Shown here: in pieces, positions 44,170-46,978 of the stretch
Layout: each line of letters starts with the position of its first letter
Position numbering within the stretch: the first letter of the stretch is position 1
Notes under the pieces: generated by a model
What the model was told of the DNA's origin: nothing
The model's input: only the letters and a program-made list of their open reading frames with translations
Database searches by the model: none
Position numbers and translations under genes: made by a program
Origin: Flavobacteriales bacterium
GTDB lineage: Bacteria; Bacteroidota; Bacteroidia; Flavobacteriales_F; PHOS-HE28
Assembly (NCBI GenBank): GCA_040383865.1
Contig: JBEICT010000001.1
Location: 1 to 46,978 of the forward strand
Length of the DNA stretch: 46,978 nucleotides
Direction of reading: 5' to 3'

Positions 44170-45228
44170 TCAGCCCTTGGCCACACGACCGACCAGTTCC
44201 AGCAGTTGTCTGCGGACCGCGCGCGGATAAAGCCGAGCAATACGTTCCCTGGCCCCCATGGACAAAGGCTCCAGGTCGATGTGCAACGCGCGCTGCACGA
44301 GCGACACGAGCTCATCAACTGACCGGCGCTCCAAATAAAAGCCCTGATCACCGACAATGTCCGGCAAGGCAGCAACCCTGCTGACGATGGGCACACACCC
44401 GCATAACATGGCCTCGCACGGCGCGCTCGGGAAACCCTCCCACACGCTCAACTGCAGGTAGAACGTGTGCCTGGAATAGACCGCAGGGAGCTCCTCATAG
44501 GCAACGAAGCCGAGCAGTTCAACGTTCGGTGGCACACGTTCATAACGCATGGCCGGTGTATTACCCACCAACGTGAAATGCTGGTCCGGGAACCGGTCCG
44601 CGAGCGCGAACAACAGGTCGACCCCTTTCCGCGTGAAGTTCGAAGCGTTCATTTGCGCCACGGTGAGGAATGACCCGGGGACCCTGCCTCCCATCGGCCG
44701 GAAACGTTCCGCATCATACCCATAGGGGATCACCGTACAGGGTGTTCTCACATTGGGGTCGAATGCCTGATAACCCTGATGCAACGGGTCTCGTTGGTCA
44801 GCGGAGAAATGCTGTTCGCTCCGAACAAGATTGGCGCTGCACGGAACAAGATGTGATGCCCATCGCATCGAGGCCCTGGTCATGGCACCCATGGGAAAGC
44901 GATGCATGGCCCCGTACCGGAAGGAAGGGAATGAGGCACAATCGAACCCACCGAGCACAATGAGTGATGGAACGGTGAAGAGCCGTCCGAAAGCAACCGG
45001 CAAAAAGGAATGGAAGCCGCCGAACTGGGTCACGCTCACCGCAGCTCCAGGCAGATGACGAACTAGAAAGAGGGCCTGACGCAGCAGTTCGAACGGGGTA
45101 GCCCACTTGCGCTTCGGTGAGAAAACGAATGAGACCACTTCGTACCGCTCGTTCAACAAAGACACATCATGGCGAGCGAACGAGGCCATGATGGTGGTGC
45201 AGTAGACGAGCCGTGGCTTTCCGGGCAT
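44170..45228 (-). CDS. glycosyltransferase family 4 (GT-B)
   Basis: 352 aa. The GT4 signature is LVGNTPAM...LGFVAYEELP..YSRHTFYLQLSVWEGFPSAPCEAMLCGCVPIVSRVAALPDIVGD. Confidence 0.8.
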   Translation of the reverse strand: MPGKPRLVYCTTIMASFARHDVSLLNERYEVVSFVFSPKRKWATPFELLRQALFLVRHLPGAAVSVTQFGGFHSFLPVAFGRLFTVPSLIVLGGFDCASFPSFRYGAMHRFPMGAMTRASMRWASHLVPCSANLVRSEQHFSADQRDPLHQGYQAFDPNVRTPCTVIPYGYDAERFRPMGGRVPGSFLTVAQMNASNFTRKGVDLLFALADRFPDQHFTLVGNTPAMRYERVPPNVELLGFVAYEELPAVYSRHTFYLQLSVWEGFPSAPCEAMLCGCVPIVSRVAALPDIVGDQGFYLERRSVDELVSLVQRALHIDLEPLSMGARERIARLYPRAVRRQLLELVGRVAKG

Positions 45229-45282
45229 GGCGTGCGAAACTAACCTGATACCAGCAAGGCTGGTGTTTATCTTGGTAACATC

Positions 45283-46491
45283 ATGAGAGCGTTCGTCATC
45301 CTGACCATATCCCTGCTCGTCATTCGAACATCAGCGCAGACATCATGGGAGCAACAGGCATCATGCCCAGGGTACCCACGATGGGGAGTTGTCTGCTTTG
45401 ACATCAATGGGATCGGCTACATGATCAGCGGGAGGAGCAGCACCATTGACCTGGATGAGGTCTGGGCCTACGACCCATTGTCTGATTCGTGGACCGAACG
45501 CGCATCGCTGCCAGGCGTTCGTCGTGTTGCCTGTGCATTCTCCATTGGCGGCAAAGGGTACGTCGTGGGCGGCCTGTTTGGATCCTCCAGTATCAGGGAC
45601 GACCTATGGGAGTACGACCCCATCTCGGACTCCTGGACCCAGAGGACAGGTCTTCCCGGACCACCTCGGTATGGATCCACTGCATTCGTTCAGAATGGGA
45701 TCGGCTATGTCCTCGGCGGAGGCACAGGTGGCGGGGACGGCCCCTTCATTTCCGAACTATGGGCCTATGACCCTGTAACGGATGAATGGTCCCCCCGCGC
45801 TCCTATTCCCGATCAAGGCCGGGTTGGAGCCTCATCATTCACCGCGAACAACACATGCTACGTGTTTGGCGGTCGGCAGGAGGATCAGTCCATGTCCAAT
45901 GAGCTCTGGGCTTATTACCCGGGCACGAACTCGTGGGAGATGCGGGAGCCTCTACCAGCTGATGGCCGCCATTATGCACGGGCATACTCCGTGTTGGGTC
46001 GCGGAGTGATCCTATCCGGGCAGAACGGCACTGGCTCGTTATCGGATGGATGGGTCTATTCACCTTGGTCGGACAGTTGGTTGCCAATAGAGGACTATCC
46101 CGGTGATGGAGGCTGGAGCGGCGCTCAGTTCGCGCTGAATGAACGGATCTTCGCAGGGCTGGGGCAGACCAGCGGCTCCTCCTTTATCGATCTATGGGAA
46201 CTGAAGGAAATTCCGATCGGTGTTTCGGAGAACCATACGCCGTATGAGCTCGAGGTGTATCCAACAGTGTTAGCTGGCGGTGGATCAGTGACTATTCGAT
46301 GTACTTTCTCCAAGAACCAAGACATCGCGATGATGCTCACCGACACACAAGGTCGGCGTGTGGCCTTCCCGCTCAGATCGTTCGACCAGAACACTTTCCA
46401 GCTTCCTGCCGTGACACCAGGGACCTATCTACTGATAATCTCCATCGACGGATATTCCACTCGAAGCCAAAAGATCCTGGTCATTCCCTGA
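45283..46491 (+). CDS. Kelch-repeat beta-propeller protein with T9SS type-A C-terminal sorting domain
   Basis: 402 aa with signal peptide MRAFVILTISLLVIRTSAQ. About six Kelch-like blades are visible (VWAYDPLSDSWTERASLPG, LWEYDPISDSWTQRTGLPG, LWAYDPVTDEWSPRAPIP, LWAYYPGTNSWEMREPLP, each followed by G.GYV.GG-type strands). The C-terminus is LEVYPTVLAGGGSVTIR...MMLTDTQGRRV...GTYLLIISIDGYSTRSQKILVIP. Confidence 0.8.
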   Translation: MRAFVILTISLLVIRTSAQTSWEQQASCPGYPRWGVVCFDINGIGYMISGRSSTIDLDEVWAYDPLSDSWTERASLPGVRRVACAFSIGGKGYVVGGLFGSSSIRDDLWEYDPISDSWTQRTGLPGPPRYGSTAFVQNGIGYVLGGGTGGGDGPFISELWAYDPVTDEWSPRAPIPDQGRVGASSFTANNTCYVFGGRQEDQSMSNELWAYYPGTNSWEMREPLPADGRHYARAYSVLGRGVILSGQNGTGSLSDGWVYSPWSDSWLPIEDYPGDGGWSGAQFALNERIFAGLGQTSGSSFIDLWELKEIPIGVSENHTPYELEVYPTVLAGGGSVTIRCTFSKNQDIAMMLTDTQGRRVAFPLRSFDQNTFQLPAVTPGTYLLIISIDGYSTRSQKILVIP

Positions 46492-46571
46492 TGACCTCAA
46501 TACATGGTGAACCGATGTGCGAACTGAACACGCCCGTACATTCGCCGTCAAGCAACTGATCAAGATCACTC

Positions 46572-46976
46572 GTGAGCGCCGTGTTGAAGAAGATCGCAAA
46601 ACCTGCCTACCGTGCATTGAACGGTCTGTTAGGAAAGGTCCGCGCAGCCCAGAGCCGGGCTATTCCCAAGGTCGAGCTCCAGCAAAGGCACCTTCGCAGC
46701 TTGAAGGTGGTTGCTGACAGGACCGCATTCCTGGAAGCGATGCCCAAAGGCGGAGTCGTTGCGGAGGCAGGTGTTGATCATGGCGATTTCTCGGCCCGGA
46801 TCCTGTCCATTACGCGGCCGGAAAGGCTCCACCTGATCGACATGTGGTCCAGCGCCCGTTATCACGGCGGCTTGGAGAAGATCGTACGGGACAAGTTCGC
46901 AGCAGAGATATCAGCTGGACAGGTGAAGATCGATCTTGGTCTTTCAACGGCAATCAAGATTAGCATCAATTATTAA
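46572..46976 (+). CDS. short class I SAM-methyltransferase-like ORF, possibly truncated
   Basis: 134 aa with a GTG start. VVAEAGVDHGDFSARIL resembles SAM motif I, and LHLIDMW a post-I strand. The ORF ends after only ~60 further residues, in an abruptly AT-rich tail (ISINY-stop), 2 nt before the window end. Confidence 0.4.
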   Translation: MSAVLKKIAKPAYRALNGLLGKVRAAQSRAIPKVELQQRHLRSLKVVADRTAFLEAMPKGGVVAEAGVDHGDFSARILSITRPERLHLIDMWSSARYHGGLEKIVRDKFAAEISAGQVKIDLGLSTAIKISINY

Positions 46977-46978
46977 CG

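Noticed and set aside
1-46978. A search by eye for tRNA/rRNA genes, CRISPR repeat-spacer periodicity, long direct or inverted DNA repeats, and transposase/integrase ORFs.
   Set aside because: None was recognised. Every gap over 100 bp was read on both strands and all long ORFs are accounted for. This visual scan cannot exclude small RNAs or short repeats, so tRNAscan/Infernal and repeat finders should be run.

Overview
This is a 46,978-bp, densely coding, G+C-rich chromosomal segment. Hand counts of 60-nt lines in housekeeping genes give 37-41 G+C per 60. It holds about 40 genes with almost no intergenic DNA. It looks like Bacteroidota for three reasons. Five proteins end in type IX secretion (T9SS) C-terminal sorting domains (two type B, three type A). 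TAnnTTTG-type promoter boxes occur upstream of several genes. The neighbourhoods PASTA-protein/ddl and DUF4783-nadC are present. Gene order, left to right: (1) an MbnP/MbnH-like lipoprotein plus di-haem peroxidase pair, with the peroxidase running off the left edge; (2) an AddA-like helicase-nuclease and an ElaA-like GNAT; (3) two tandem paralogous T9SS type-B adhesin-like genes plus a small ORF; (4) an AddB-like nuclease, a small T9SS cargo and an orphan OmpR-type response regulator; (5) a menaquinone operon (thioesterase-menF-menD-[unknown secreted ORF]-menA-menC-menE); (6) rluD, a 749-aa T9SS cargo, a PASTA protein, ddl and rdgB; (7) a ~10.6-kb Wzx/Wzy-type polysaccharide locus with a flippase, several glycosyltransferases, an epimerase, a low-GC polymerase-like membrane protein and a Zn-ribbon methyltransferase; (8) rlmH, DUF4783, nadC and yihY; (9) a 1073-aa M1 metallopeptidase whose C-terminal ~400 aa carry Omp85-family barrel hallmarks, followed by DUF2147; (10) a GT4 glycosyltransferase, a Kelch-propeller T9SS cargo and a short methyltransferase-like ORF at the right edge. 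By eye I found no rRNA, tRNA, CRISPR array, transposase/integrase or long DNA repeat. I could not establish a clearly new multi-gene system. The most unusual single object is the M1-peptidase/Omp85-barrel fusion. Next are -7 promoter boxes abutting start codons (possible leaderless mRNAs), a compositionally foreign secreted ORF inside the men operon, and an atypical polymerase-like membrane protein. All function calls rest on motifs read from the translations and on remembered family features. No searches were run.
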